A stretch of 54,428 nt of DNA from a virus (lineage: Duplodnaviria > Caudoviricetes), in IMG/VR virus record IMGVR_UViG_3300036944_000521, positions 1 to 54,428 of that record; one strand, 5' to 3'. The notes below the pieces were generated by a model. The model searched no databases, was not told the origin of the DNA, and worked only from the letters and a program-made list of their open reading frames with translations. The position numbers and the translations under genes are program-made. Positions 18,268 to 26,109 of this stretch are shown piece after piece (positions within the stretch are counted from its first letter, which is position 1; every line of letters starts with the position of its first letter).

Positions 18268-18574
18268 ATATAATCCTTGTTAACTAGAATTATAATAGGT
18301 GGCTATCGCAGTTGATTATTCTGCTTTTGCTGGACAGCCACATCCCTGGATTATCACGCTAATCTTCGCATACTCTATTCAGTGTAAAAGTATGAAACCA
18401 CCTCAATACGACCTGACTGAGAAGAGCAGGCACTTCACCGCAACCTGCACTCGTACAACATATATTAACGGAGTATGTTGCCACACCTATGCGAGTTTCA
18501 GAGCAATCACTCTCATCTATCTCGTATTCTTTATACTACAATACATTTCAGCATTGAGCAAACTATAAGTTAAG

Positions 18575-19035
18575 TTGCGACGAGGTATTCTGGGGTCTCA
18601 AAGTGTGCGCACACTAGAAGACTTTAGGCTCCTGCAAATCAGCGGCCTGCTGATCTTGTCACTTAAGACTGGCTATTCCCTACGCCTGTAAAGCCCTTTT
18701 AACGTCTCAGCTTAAAAGATAAACTCTGCTGAATTATTTGCCCTGCCTTGGTGCATACCGTAAGCAGCTTGTTGCAAGAGTTTATCGTTAAAGATGAGAT
18801 GAGATGCCGGTTACTAATCCGGCGACACTTTATCGTAGTGTCAGATTCTGAACTGAACGGTGATATACTGTGCTATTTTGAGGCACACAGGCTGCCTATA
18901 CCCAGCTTTACTAGTATCACCCTAGTTTCTGGTAGCTCGCTGGAGTTCATCCCAGGTCGCTTGAAACAACTATAACGTGTTGCCGTACACGTGTAGACTC
19001 TACAAGCGGTTCCCTAATCCTAGGAGAAGAGGGAC
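18575..19035 (-). ncRNA. Large multi-hairpin ncRNA candidate
   Basis: No minus-strand ORF; at least eight inverted repeats, e.g. GATAAACTCT/AGAGTTTATC, GCCGG/CCGGC, GACACT/AGTGTC, GGTGATA/TATCACC, CGCTTG/CAAGCG. Confidence 0.5.
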
Positions 19036-19038
19036 AAG

Positions 19039-19106
19039 TCTCTGGGAGGATTTCAACCTCCATTCACAGAAATAAATCTGAGTCTTGTTAATTTAGATGA
19101 CAGAGA
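19039..19106 (-). pseudogene. Degenerate tRNA
   Basis: TCTCTG/CAGAGA acceptor; T arm GGAGG-TTGAAAT-CCTCC; 6-nt anticodon loop; no CCA. Confidence 0.55.
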
Positions 19107-19237
19107 AATTAGGTGATAGTTTTTTCCCATGATAGGACACTGAGCGTAAACTATCAAAGCCTTCCCCAACCTATTACTACCTGCCCGCAGGCTAGAGTTC
19201 AAAGGTATTAATACTCAGCGAGTATTAAGAGATTTAA

Positions 19238-19298
19238 CAGACTGATTTTTCCCGCTAAGGATTACATTATTAGCGATGTTTGTTGCTGAACTCAGTCT
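19238..19298 (-). ncRNA. CAGCA-family Y-like RNA 5 (minimal)
   Basis: AGACTGA-GTT-CAGCA...TCAGTCT-G; single hairpin CGCTAA/TTAGCG; first element after promoter 19318-19346. Confidence 0.75.
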
Positions 19299-19317
19299 TT
19301 GTTTTCTTCATTCTTAT

Positions 19318-19346
19318 AATATAACTGATTCTCAAGATTGAAGCAA
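19318..19346 (-). promoter_or_regulatory. Sigma70-like promoter with TTGAGAATCA spacer box
   Basis: TTGCTT-caatcttgagaatcagt-TATATT. Confidence 0.7.
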
Positions 19347-19365
19347 GAGTTATTTCACTTTAGGT

Positions 19366-19440
19366 TGGTACTGGGTAGAGGATTCGAACCTCATCTTCCG
19401 CAGTCACAGTGCAGAGTGCAACCATTACACCTTACCCAGT
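19366..19440 (-). tRNA. tRNA-His(GTG), A73 and no G-1
   Basis: Cloverleaf; loop CT-GTG-AC; encoded CCA. Confidence 0.9.
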
Positions 19441-19441
19441 A

Positions 19442-19714
19442 TTATACAAACCTAAACGTAGTATATAGCTCTTTTTCTTGTTCTGACAAACACCAGTAGT
19501 CGCATGAACACATTTCTCTTGTGTTACCGCTATCGTCTCTAACAATAACGTCGCTGCAACCATCAGACATAAGGTCTATAGGTTGCCATTCCCACTCGGT
19601 GTAATAGTCAGTTTCCAATAGTTGTCTTTTCTTTACCGCTATGTGGCGGATTATGTTTACAATGTGAATCACCAAAGTCAGCAACTTCATAGTTACCATT
19701 TTTGATTGCTTCAT
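19442..19714 (-). CDS. Hypothetical protein (true start probably later)
   Basis: ORF overlaps 19608..19943. Confidence 0.4.
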   Translation of the reverse strand: MKQSKMVTMKLLTLVIHIVNIIRHIAVKKRQLLETDYYTEWEWQPIDLMSDGCSDVIVRDDSGNTREMCSCDYWCLSEQEKELYTTFRFV

Positions 19715-19943
19715 TGAATTTCATCAAATCATTCACAATGTCAATGATAGGGGTATCCATAAATAACTCACCAGGAGAGAATTGAAAGTTAGTCAAACCT
19801 GAACCTTCGTGCTTCATCTTTTCCATGTAAACGTAACGTACCATTTCATATTTGATATTACGTTCACGCATATATTTTGCTTCATCGTCAGTGAGTCCTT
19901 CACTAGACAATGATTTCATGGTCAATTCAAATGCCTTATCCAT
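19608..19943 (-). CDS. Hypothetical protein
   Basis: 111 aa ORF. Confidence 0.6.
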   Translation of the reverse strand: MDKAFELTMKSLSSEGLTDDEAKYMRERNIKYEMVRYVYMEKMKHEGSGLTNFQFSPGELFMDTPIIDIVNDLMKFNEAIKNGNYEVADFGDSHCKHNPPHSGKEKTTIGN

Positions 19944-19961
19944 AGTGTAGTTCCATTATAC

Positions 19962-20038
19962 TGGAGCCCCCGACAGGATTCGAACCTGTAACCTTCACGT
20001 TCGTAGCGTGATGCTCTATCCAGTTGAGCTACGGAGGC
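19962..20038 (-). tRNA. tRNA-Arg(ACG)
   Basis: Cloverleaf; loop CT-ACG-AA; CCA. Confidence 0.95.
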
Positions 20039-20046
20039 GTTATTAA

Positions 20047-20724
20047 TTATTCAATAGCAGCAGTGACTAGTTTGAAGCCTTTGAAAGTTTTAGTAGCAGC
20101 ATCACTCTCAGTGCCTACAGCTACAACGCGAGCGATAGTGAAGTCGTTAGCTTCGATTAGAATATCGCCAACTTCTACGCTACCGGCTTTACCAAGATAT
20201 GAGTACGATTTACCACTCATACCGTTGAATACTACATCATAAGTAAAAGGCATTACGCGCTTTAGTTCAGCAGACATAAAAGCCTTGTAGTCACCGCTAT
20301 TTAGTTTTAGGACGTACTTGCCGTCACCGTCGATTACTAGACCTTCGCCGTATACGCTACCGTCTAGAGTTTGAAATAGTTTACCCTTCATGGGATCTTC
20401 CTTTGATTGATCTGGTCTGGTTTCAATATAAATTTCGTAGTCTGCTTCGTTTCTAAAGCTAGTAGTCCTAGCTGAGCTAACATACTCACACTGAATCTCT
20501 ACTCGCTGTGAACTATTATTCCACTGTGTATTAACTACTCGTAGAGGGGCTGTGCCTGTTTTCAGCTTAACAATCTGGCCTAGTGCAAAATTGCTTGTAG
20601 GTATTTCTGAACAAGGATTCATAGTAGCTGTTTTACCATAACGTCTACCTGACTTATTGTATACTGCATAGGCAAAAGAATTGGTTTGCCAATCGGCTGG
20701 ATTAAATTCAACTTCTTCTTCCAT
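20047..20724 (-). CDS. Hypothetical protein (start corrected to MEEEVEF because the longer ORF overlaps tRNA-Thr)
   Basis: GAGG RBS before ATG at 20724. Confidence 0.65.
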   Translation of the reverse strand: MEEEVEFNPADWQTNSFAYAVYNKSGRRYGKTATMNPCSEIPTSNFALGQIVKLKTGTAPLRVVNTQWNNSSQRVEIQCEYVSSARTTSFRNEADYEIYIETRPDQSKEDPMKGKLFQTLDGSVYGEGLVIDGDGKYVLKLNSGDYKAFMSAELKRVMPFTYDVVFNGMSGKSYSYLGKAGSVEVGDILIEANDFTIARVVAVGTESDAATKTFKGFKLVTAAIE

Positions 20725-20742
20725 AACTTCCTCGTGTTTAAA

Positions 20743-20818
20743 TGGTGCTGCTAGAGAGGCTCGAACTCCCGACACCCTGATTACTAATCAGGTGCTCTAC
20801 CAACTGAGCTATAGCAGC
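20743..20818 (-). tRNA. tRNA-Thr(AGT)
   Basis: Cloverleaf; loop TT-AGT-AA; CCA. Confidence 0.9.
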
Positions 20819-20826
20819 GTAATAAA

Positions 20827-20903
20827 TGGTGGGTGTTTAGACGTGTCCGTCAGTGTCTCCACAGCGTGTGTACGGCACGCTCTACCCTCGTAGTTTCACA
20901 CCC
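20827..20903 (-). ncRNA. CCA-ended tRNA-like RNA without a T loop
   Basis: GGGTGT/ACACCC-ACCA; arms CTAC/GTAG, AGCGTG-CCGTACA-CACGCT and AGAC/GTCT. Confidence 0.6.
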
Positions 20904-20909
20904 AAACTT

Positions 20910-20984
20910 TGGTACCCCCAACGGGACTCGAACCCGTTTCTTCTCCTTGAAAGGGAGATTACCTAACCCATAGTAGATGGGGGC
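20910..20984 (-). tRNA. tRNA-Glu(TTC)
   Basis: Loop CT-TTC-AA; CCA. Confidence 0.9.
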
Positions 20985-20991
20985 ATATAAT

Positions 20992-21076
20992 TGGTGGGAA
21001 GGTGTGGTTACGCTCCACTCCCGATTAAAGACGAGTTTTACAGACTCGCTGCCAGAACTACTGGCTTTACCTTCCC
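20992..21076 (-). tRNA. tRNA-Tyr(GTA), atypical T loop
   Basis: Loop CT-GTA-AA; long variable arm; T loop AGCGTAA; CCA. Confidence 0.8.
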
Positions 21077-21084
21077 ATATTCTT

Positions 21085-21160
21085 TGGTTGCCACAACTGG
21101 ACTTGAACCAGTGACCTAACGGTTATCAGCCGTTTGCTCTACCAACTGAGCTATGCGGCA
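21085..21160 (-). tRNA. tRNA-Ile(GAT)
   Basis: Loop CT-GAT-AA; CCA. Confidence 0.95.
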
Positions 21161-21162
21161 AT

Positions 21163-21265
21163 ATTATTTAGAAGATATACTAGTAGGACTTGAACCTACA
21201 ATCGTTATTGTCTCGCTTTTTACGGCAACGGCTTTACTTAGCCCATAGTATATCATCAAAATAAT
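21163..21265 (-). ncRNA. TGATGA-stem RNA, copy 1
   Basis: ATTATTT-TGAT-GATATACTA...TAGTATATC-TTCT-AAATAAT enclosing T arm GTAGG-TTCAAGT-CCTAC. Confidence 0.65.
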
Positions 21266-21340
21266 GGTGCCAAGGACTGGACTCGAACCAGCGACACGCG
21301 GATTTTCAATCCGCTGCTCTACCAACTGAGCTACCGAGGC
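21265..21340 (-). tRNA. tRNA-Phe(GAA)
   Basis: Loop TT-GAA-AA; CCA. Confidence 0.95.
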
Positions 21341-21362
21341 GTTATCTTTTCTTCATTCTTAC

Positions 21363-21391
21363 AATATAACTGATTCGCAACCATAGAGCAA
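21363..21391 (-). promoter_or_regulatory. Sigma70-like promoter with TTGCGAATCA spacer box
   Basis: TTGCTC-tatggttgcgaatcagt-TATATT. Confidence 0.7.
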
Positions 21392-21400
21392 GAACAGTTT

Positions 21401-21475
21401 TGGTGTGCCGAGTGGGGATCGAACCCACGACCTTGGGTTTAAGAGACCCCTGCTCTACCGCTGAGCTATCGGCGC
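21401..21475 (-). tRNA. tRNA-Lys(CTT)
   Basis: Loop CT-CTT-AA; CCA. Confidence 0.95.
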
Positions 21476-21566
21476 ATTATTTAGAAGATACACTACCTTG
21501 GCCTCGGGACTCAAACCCGCTTGGTTTAAAGGATGTGCCTCACCTGTAGTGTATCATCAAAATAAT
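21476..21566 (-). ncRNA. TGATGA-stem RNA, copy 2
   Basis: ATTATTT-TGAT-GATACACTA...TAGTGTATC-TTCT-AAATAAT enclosing CGGG-TTTGAGT-CCCG. Confidence 0.65.
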
Positions 21567-21642
21567 GGTGGATCGAGTGGGGTTCGAACCCACGTTGACA
21601 CGGATTAAAAGTCCATCGCTAAACCAACTCAGCTACCGATCC
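21566..21642 (-). tRNA. tRNA-Lys(TTT)
   Basis: Loop CT-TTT-AA; CCA. Confidence 0.9.
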
Positions 21643-21822
21643 AGTGATCAGACTACTCAACAAAACATCATCGTGCTTAGTAGAATAGTCTGAACTTTTC
21701 TTCAGAGCTACTTTAGCATCACGTCGATGCGTCTTGTAGCTTTTGGTGTGAGCACCTTGTTTCTTAACAATCAGGTGCTGCACAAAAGGGTTACGAGGTT
21801 TGGGCATTTGTTTCTGTTTCAT
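21619..21822 (-). CDS. Small basic protein (3' end overlaps tRNA-Lys)
   Basis: KPRNPF...GAHTKS; GAGG RBS. Confidence 0.5.
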   Translation of the reverse strand: MKQKQMPKPRNPFVQHLIVKKQGAHTKSYKTHRRDAKVALKKSSDYSTKHDDVLLSSLITGSVAELV

Positions 21823-21902
21823 CTTTCTTCCTCAATCTGTTTATATACTGTTTCATATGGTTAGTTAGTCTTGGCTCTTCATTGCACAGTTGGTCTATAC
21901 GT

Positions 21903-22085
21903 TCAAGCTCTTTCTGTGTGAGTAATACTCGGTCCATCTAAACTCTCCGCATATCTGGTCATCTGTGCTCTTGCTTCTTCAAGGTAGTTGGAAGCACCAC
22001 CAACACCACCAGTCTCGTCAAACCAAACAAACACGCCATCGCCGTATTGGTAGATGTCTGACTCAATTTTAATAGGATATTTCAT
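21903..22085 (-). CDS. Hypothetical protein
   Basis: 60 aa; ATGA overlap with upstream ORF. Confidence 0.55.
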   Translation of the reverse strand: MKYPIKIESDIYQYGDGVFVWFDETGGVGGASNYLEEARAQMTRYAESLDGPSITHTERA

Positions 22086-22267
22086 CGTTCTTCCTCAAGC
22101 TGGTATCCACCAACGTCAATGGTTAGTATTTGTTCATCATCGCTAGTACTTACTACACGAATTGGAAAGGAGCCTTCATAAATAGCTCCTGTCCAACCGT
22201 CTGTAATACTTACTCGTAAACTAGGATCATGAGTATTTAGTCTCATGATTAGTTCTGCTACAGTCAT
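22082..22267 (-). CDS. Hypothetical protein
   Basis: MTVAELIMRL N-terminus common in phage ORFs. Confidence 0.55.
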   Translation of the reverse strand: MTVAELIMRLNTHDPSLRVSITDGWTGAIYEGSFPIRVVSTSDDEQILTIDVGGYQLEEER

Positions 22268-22271
22268 TTAT

Positions 22272-22811
22272 CTAGCTCTCTTCAAGTGCTCCTGACCAGT
22301 ATAAGTAGTCTAGCCAAGAGTGGTGTAGTTTTTCTTTAGAACTAACGGAGTTAGCTAGTTCTGAGATACGTGGCTCGCGAGGAGCATTGATTGGAAACAT
22401 ATCTTGACGTGAACCTTTACGGGTATTACAAGATACACAAGCACTTACTATGTTAGTATAGTCAGTTTTTCCGCCTTTAGCACGAGGAATTACATGATCG
22501 AACGTAAGTTCGTGCGATTGAAACTGTTTTCCACAATACTGGCAACAGTACTTGTCACGCAGAAAGATATTCATACGACTGAAAACAATACGTCTAGGCT
22601 TGTTTACATACTGTTTTAGTGCAATAACAGAAGGAGGATTGTATTCAAAAGTTGGAGACCGAAGTGTGACGTCATATTCTTCTAGTACAGTAATACGACC
22701 CTTCATAACATTGCGAAGAGTACGCTCAAAACCCCAAGTGGAAAGCGGGAATACGCTTATAGGGGTAAAGTCTGCATTAAGTACCAGAGCCGGATAATTT
22801 GGCGCTGACAT
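22272..22811 (-). CDS. HNH endonuclease
   Basis: RD..CQYCG, TFDHVIPR..GG and ACVSCN..KG motifs. Confidence 0.9.
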   Translation of the reverse strand: MSAPNYPALVLNADFTPISVFPLSTWGFERTLRNVMKGRITVLEEYDVTLRSPTFEYNPPSVIALKQYVNKPRRIVFSRMNIFLRDKYCCQYCGKQFQSHELTFDHVIPRAKGGKTDYTNIVSACVSCNTRKGSRQDMFPINAPREPRISELANSVSSKEKLHHSWLDYLYWSGALEES

Positions 22812-22862
22812 GATGATCTCCCTCGGCCTTATCGGCTGTTTTTATGTTTTCTTCATATTATC

Positions 22863-22891
22863 AATATAGATGATTCGCAACCTGTATGCAA
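22863..22891 (-). promoter_or_regulatory. Sigma70-like promoter with TTGCGAATCA spacer box
   Basis: TTGCAT-acaggttgcgaatcatc-TATATT. Confidence 0.7.
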
Positions 22892-22966
22892 GTTTAATGT
22901 TGATTTCGATCTGCTGTAGCTCGGCACCAGCACGATGCAAGAACTAAATACGTTTATCTAGTGTGA

Positions 22967-23419
22967 TTACAGCTGATAAACGACGGGTTGTATAGTCTTG
23001 CATTCGCTTTCAATGATTGCCGAGATTACTACCCAATCACCGCCACCTAGTGCTGCGCCTATCATAGGCATAGCAACAGTAGAACCTGTATACACTTTAT
23101 TAAGTGAGTGCATAATCTCTGCTACAGCGTCATAGCTTACATATCGAACAGGATTTGGGCCTAGTTGTTCAGCAGCTTTACCGTATTCTTGTTGAGTAAC
23201 GGCATTAATAACTACTTTGCCACGCTCTGGAACAGCTAGATATTGTCCGAGTCTAAAACCTTTAGAGCACCAAAGCTGATAGGCTTCATACGTGCCTGGA
23301 AACTGTTCTCGTACAAGTCGTGCTACTCCTGAACCCATAACTCCTTTAGAGTTACAGCCGTGAAGTATAAGTTCAATATCAGTACTAAATAGATCACCCT
23401 TACGATATTCAATTTTCAT
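22967..23419 (-). CDS. Macro-domain (ADP-ribose processing) protein
   Basis: GDLF, HGCN..GVMGSGVA and MPMIGAALGGGDW motifs. Confidence 0.85.
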   Translation of the reverse strand: MKIEYRKGDLFSTDIELILHGCNSKGVMGSGVARLVREQFPGTYEAYQLWCSKGFRLGQYLAVPERGKVVINAVTQQEYGKAAEQLGPNPVRYVSYDAVAEIMHSLNKVYTGSTVAMPMIGAALGGGDWVVISAIIESECKTIQPVVYQL

Positions 23420-23539
23420 AGCGACACTCCATACTTACGGCACAGTTCTCTAATCTTAGCATAGTCTTGCTCATGTTCAATAAGGTAGCTCTGCTTTAAC
23501 ATAAAAATTAGGTCTGCTAACGTTTCTTCGGGTGTTGGC

Positions 23540-23770
23540 TTAGGCTTTTTCACTATGTAGCTCCTGAAGCATAGTATTCATTATATTTTCTACTTTATCA
23601 GGGTTACTATACATCCAGTATAGATCTTCCCAATTCTTTAGAGCTTCTACTCTAGTCCTGCCAATAGCATCTAGAGCAGGTACTAAAGAAGTACAGGACC
23701 AACCTTCAGAGCGTGTTTCACCACAATACTCATACCAGTTAGGTTCGATAGTTATAAAAATATCTTCCAT
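23540..23770 (-). CDS. Hypothetical protein
   Basis: 76 aa ORF. Confidence 0.5.
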   Translation of the reverse strand: MEDIFITIEPNWYEYCGETRSEGWSCTSLVPALDAIGRTRVEALKNWEDLYWMYSNPDKVENIMNTMLQELHSEKA

Positions 23771-23785
23771 TATTTACCCATAAGT

Positions 23786-23857
23786 TGGTAGTGCCGGTGA
23801 GAGTTGAACTCACCCTAGATCCTTATGAGAGATCCGTCCGAACCGCTCGGCGTCACC
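23786..23857 (-). tRNA. Atypical tRNA with CAT anticodon (Met or Ile2)
   Basis: Loop CT-CAT-AA; D arm directly follows the acceptor strand with no 8-9 linker; CCA. Confidence 0.7.
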
Positions 23858-23865
23858 ATTATAAT

Positions 23866-23947
23866 TGGAGGTGTGTGTCAGAATCGAACTGACTACTTAC
23901 GTGCTTCGGATTTGCAATCCGACCCCTTACCATCCGGGCCACACACC
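23866..23947 (-). tRNA. tRNA-Cys(GCA) with long variable region
   Basis: Loop TT-GCA-AA; U73; CCA. Confidence 0.85.
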
Positions 23948-23950
23948 AAA

Positions 23951-23983
23951 TAAAAAACCCCTCACAGATCGCTCTGGAGGGGC
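23951..23983 (-). terminator. Attenuator/terminator immediately upstream of tRNA-Cys
   Basis: GCCCCTC CAGAGCGATCTGT GAGGGGT followed by T-run. Confidence 0.75.
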
Positions 23984-24006
23984 TAAAGATTACTTACGCA
24001 CACGCG

Positions 24007-24075
24007 TTAGCAAACTCTGCCGCCTCGGGCATAGTTATAAAACTTCTCACAACGAATTGTCATAGTGTGGTGCAT
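24007..24075 (-). CDS. Putative leader peptide MHHTMTIRCEKFYNYARGGRVC
   Basis: AAGGA RBS; lies between promoter 24103-24131 and terminator 23951-23983. Confidence 0.6.
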   Translation of the reverse strand: MHHTMTIRCEKFYNYARGGRVC

Positions 24076-24102
24076 AGCAGTTATCTTCCTTTTCATTCTT
24101 TT

Positions 24103-24131
24103 AATATAGATTAAGTTTTACCAGAAGGCAA
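24103..24131 (-). promoter_or_regulatory. Sigma70-like promoter
   Basis: TTGCCT-N17-TATATT. Confidence 0.7.
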
Positions 24132-24158
24132 GAACAATTTTAAATTTTTTTATAGTTT

Positions 24159-24845
24159 TTACTGCCAATTTTCTACTAACCAAGGATCGGTAATTTGATG
24201 GTTTTTTGGGTACCCATGTAGAATAGCGATAATTAGATCCTTACCTATAAGAGGTTTGCCTGGATATAACCTAGTTGATTGTCTATTAATACCTTTTATT
24301 AGATATTCTTTACCTCGTAATTCATACCTGTAACTTTTAAACCACGCAGTAGGAAAAAATGCAGGATCAAGTACTTCTAGTCTTAAAAAATCTTGATCAC
24401 CTTTTAAAGTGCTCATAGTAACTTCTTTATTTTGTAAGAAATTAACCCATAAACGGTTTAAAGAATTAGCTTCGAACCTTATTACAGAGCTATTTATATC
24501 GTTGCCTCGTTTGTTAGTAGAAAACCAGTCTGCATAGAAAACTACTTCATCTTGTTTATAAGACCACAAAGGCTCCATGTTATTACATATTACTATATCT
24601 AAGTCTAAAAATAAGATCGTACCTGCTACAGGTATGTCAGAAAACATATAAAGCTTATTCCACCAACCTTGTAGCTTATTATCTGGTAAAGGTATAATTT
24701 TGATATTCTTATACTCAAAAGGCTGATCTGTAATGCAGTAGAAGTTGTATTCATAATCAGAATATCTTTCTACCATGTTATACAACTTAGTTACATAATC
24801 TTCTGTGTATTTTGAACCACACTTAAGGCAAAGTATATTTCTCAT
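24159..24845 (-). CDS. Glycosyltransferase (GT-A fold)
   Basis: KCGSKY, GWWNKL, FLDLD, NSS, GDQD and HG-PK motifs. Confidence 0.8.
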   Translation of the reverse strand: MRNILCLKCGSKYTEDYVTKLYNMVERYSDYEYNFYCITDQPFEYKNIKIIPLPDNKLQGWWNKLYMFSDIPVAGTILFLDLDIVICNNMEPLWSYKQDEVVFYADWFSTNKRGNDINSSVIRFEANSLNRLWVNFLQNKEVTMSTLKGDQDFLRLEVLDPAFFPTAWFKSYRYELRGKEYLIKGINRQSTRLYPGKPLIGKDLIIAILHGYPKNHQITDPWLVENWQ

Positions 24846-25498
24846 AGTATTTTACTCTCTGGGTAATAAATATTATAAAGCTCAATATCCTCTGCAAATA
24901 CTTCGTTTACTTTTTGTATAATCTCTGGAGTAAAAACTGTTTTAGGATTAGCCCATGTTGGCGTATGTTGACTCTCTAGCCTAGTAAGTGGGTATTTAAC
25001 CTCTTTTCCATATGATCGTACAAATTCAGGAAATAAAGTGTTAATTTCTGTATACCGCCAAACTTCAGCTACCATCCTACCTTCATATTTAAAAAAAGCA
25101 CTCTGAGGACGTTCTCTATCCTCATCATCAGCAAATCCGTTAGATAGTATATGTCTAGCATGAAATAAGTTTCTGCAGCCAAGTAGGGTTAAAGGATAAA
25201 ACACCCTGCTTACAAGCCTATCATGTGGGTGTCTTAAAACTGCAAATACTTTATAACCAGTTATATCTATACCACTATAATCTATTAAATATTTCATATC
25301 CCACCTAGCCTTAACACCTGGTGGTACATTATCAGTAGGTGGTCTAATAACTTCTGGATGTACGTATTTGGGCGTAAAACTTCTATTAGCTATATCACCT
25401 TTTTCAAATAAGTTTTGAAGTAGGAATAGTTCAGAAGAGTTAGAACCTGTTCTACGAGTACCTAGAAATACATACTTATAAGCATGGCTAATTATCAT
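24842..25498 (-). CDS. Sulfotransferase-family protein
   Basis: RTGSNS and RHPHDRLVS PAPS-binding-like motifs. Confidence 0.65.
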   Translation of the reverse strand: MIISHAYKYVFLGTRRTGSNSSELFLLQNLFEKGDIANRSFTPKYVHPEVIRPPTDNVPPGVKARWDMKYLIDYSGIDITGYKVFAVLRHPHDRLVSRVFYPLTLLGCRNLFHARHILSNGFADDEDRERPQSAFFKYEGRMVAEVWRYTEINTLFPEFVRSYGKEVKYPLTRLESQHTPTWANPKTVFTPEIIQKVNEVFAEDIELYNIYYPESKIL

Positions 25499-26109
25499 TT
25501 AAAGTTGTTTACTACCTTTACTTTAGGCTCTTGGTTACCTACCTTATTGTAGCTGTGTAAATAAATATCACTTTCCATCACAATATTAATAAATTTTCTT
25601 GGAACAGAGCTTGGAGCTCGTTGAGTAACGGCGTGCCAAGAAGTTAATAAGTTTGGAAATATAATTAACTTGTTAGTGTCATATTTAAAAATTGTACTTT
25701 GTTTGGTATGTGGGTTGACTAAGAATAGATCGCCACCAGCATCATCATCAGAATCTTTAAAATACCACAAACCTACTACAATTTTAGTACCATTATCTAA
25801 GTGTAATCCTCTTATAACGTTAGGCTTTAAATTAGGAGTATTATGACTAAACAAGTACCTTTTAGCAGTTTGTATTGAGCTAAAGTTCATTTTAGGGTAT
25901 TCTAGGCTAAGTGTGGGTAAGAAAGCCTCAAAAGCTTCTATAAGCACAGAATCTAGATAAGTAGTGATTCTAGTGTCAGATACCTCTAAATTTGTTCTAG
26001 CTCCTGGATCAAGTGTAGGAGCAGCTGGATAAACAGACTTAACATAGTTATATATGTCTTCTGGAGGCGTTATAACTGCGTGAGGAAAAGGGTTAGTATA
26101 GATCTGCAA
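25495..26109 (-). CDS. 2OG-Fe(II) oxygenase
   Basis: HLD ... GGDL ... WHAV ... R. Confidence 0.75.
   Translation of the reverse strand: MQIYTNPFPHAVITPPEDIYNYVKSVYPAAPTLDPGARTNLEVSDTRITTYLDSVLIEAFEAFLPTLSLEYPKMNFSSIQTAKRYLFSHNTPNLKPNVIRGLHLDNGTKIVVGLWYFKDSDDDAGGDLFLVNPHTKQSTIFKYDTNKLIIFPNLLTSWHAVTQRAPSSVPRKFINIVMESDIYLHSYNKVGNQEPKVKVVNNFK

Noticed and set aside
18490-18525. Hammerhead-like TAGATGA-stem-TGAAAC
   Set aside because: Core deviates from CUGANGA/GAAA and no convincing stems I/III or NUH site were found.
22272-22811. HNH as part of an intron or intein
   Set aside because: Free-standing gene with its own promoter and RBS; no interrupted host gene.
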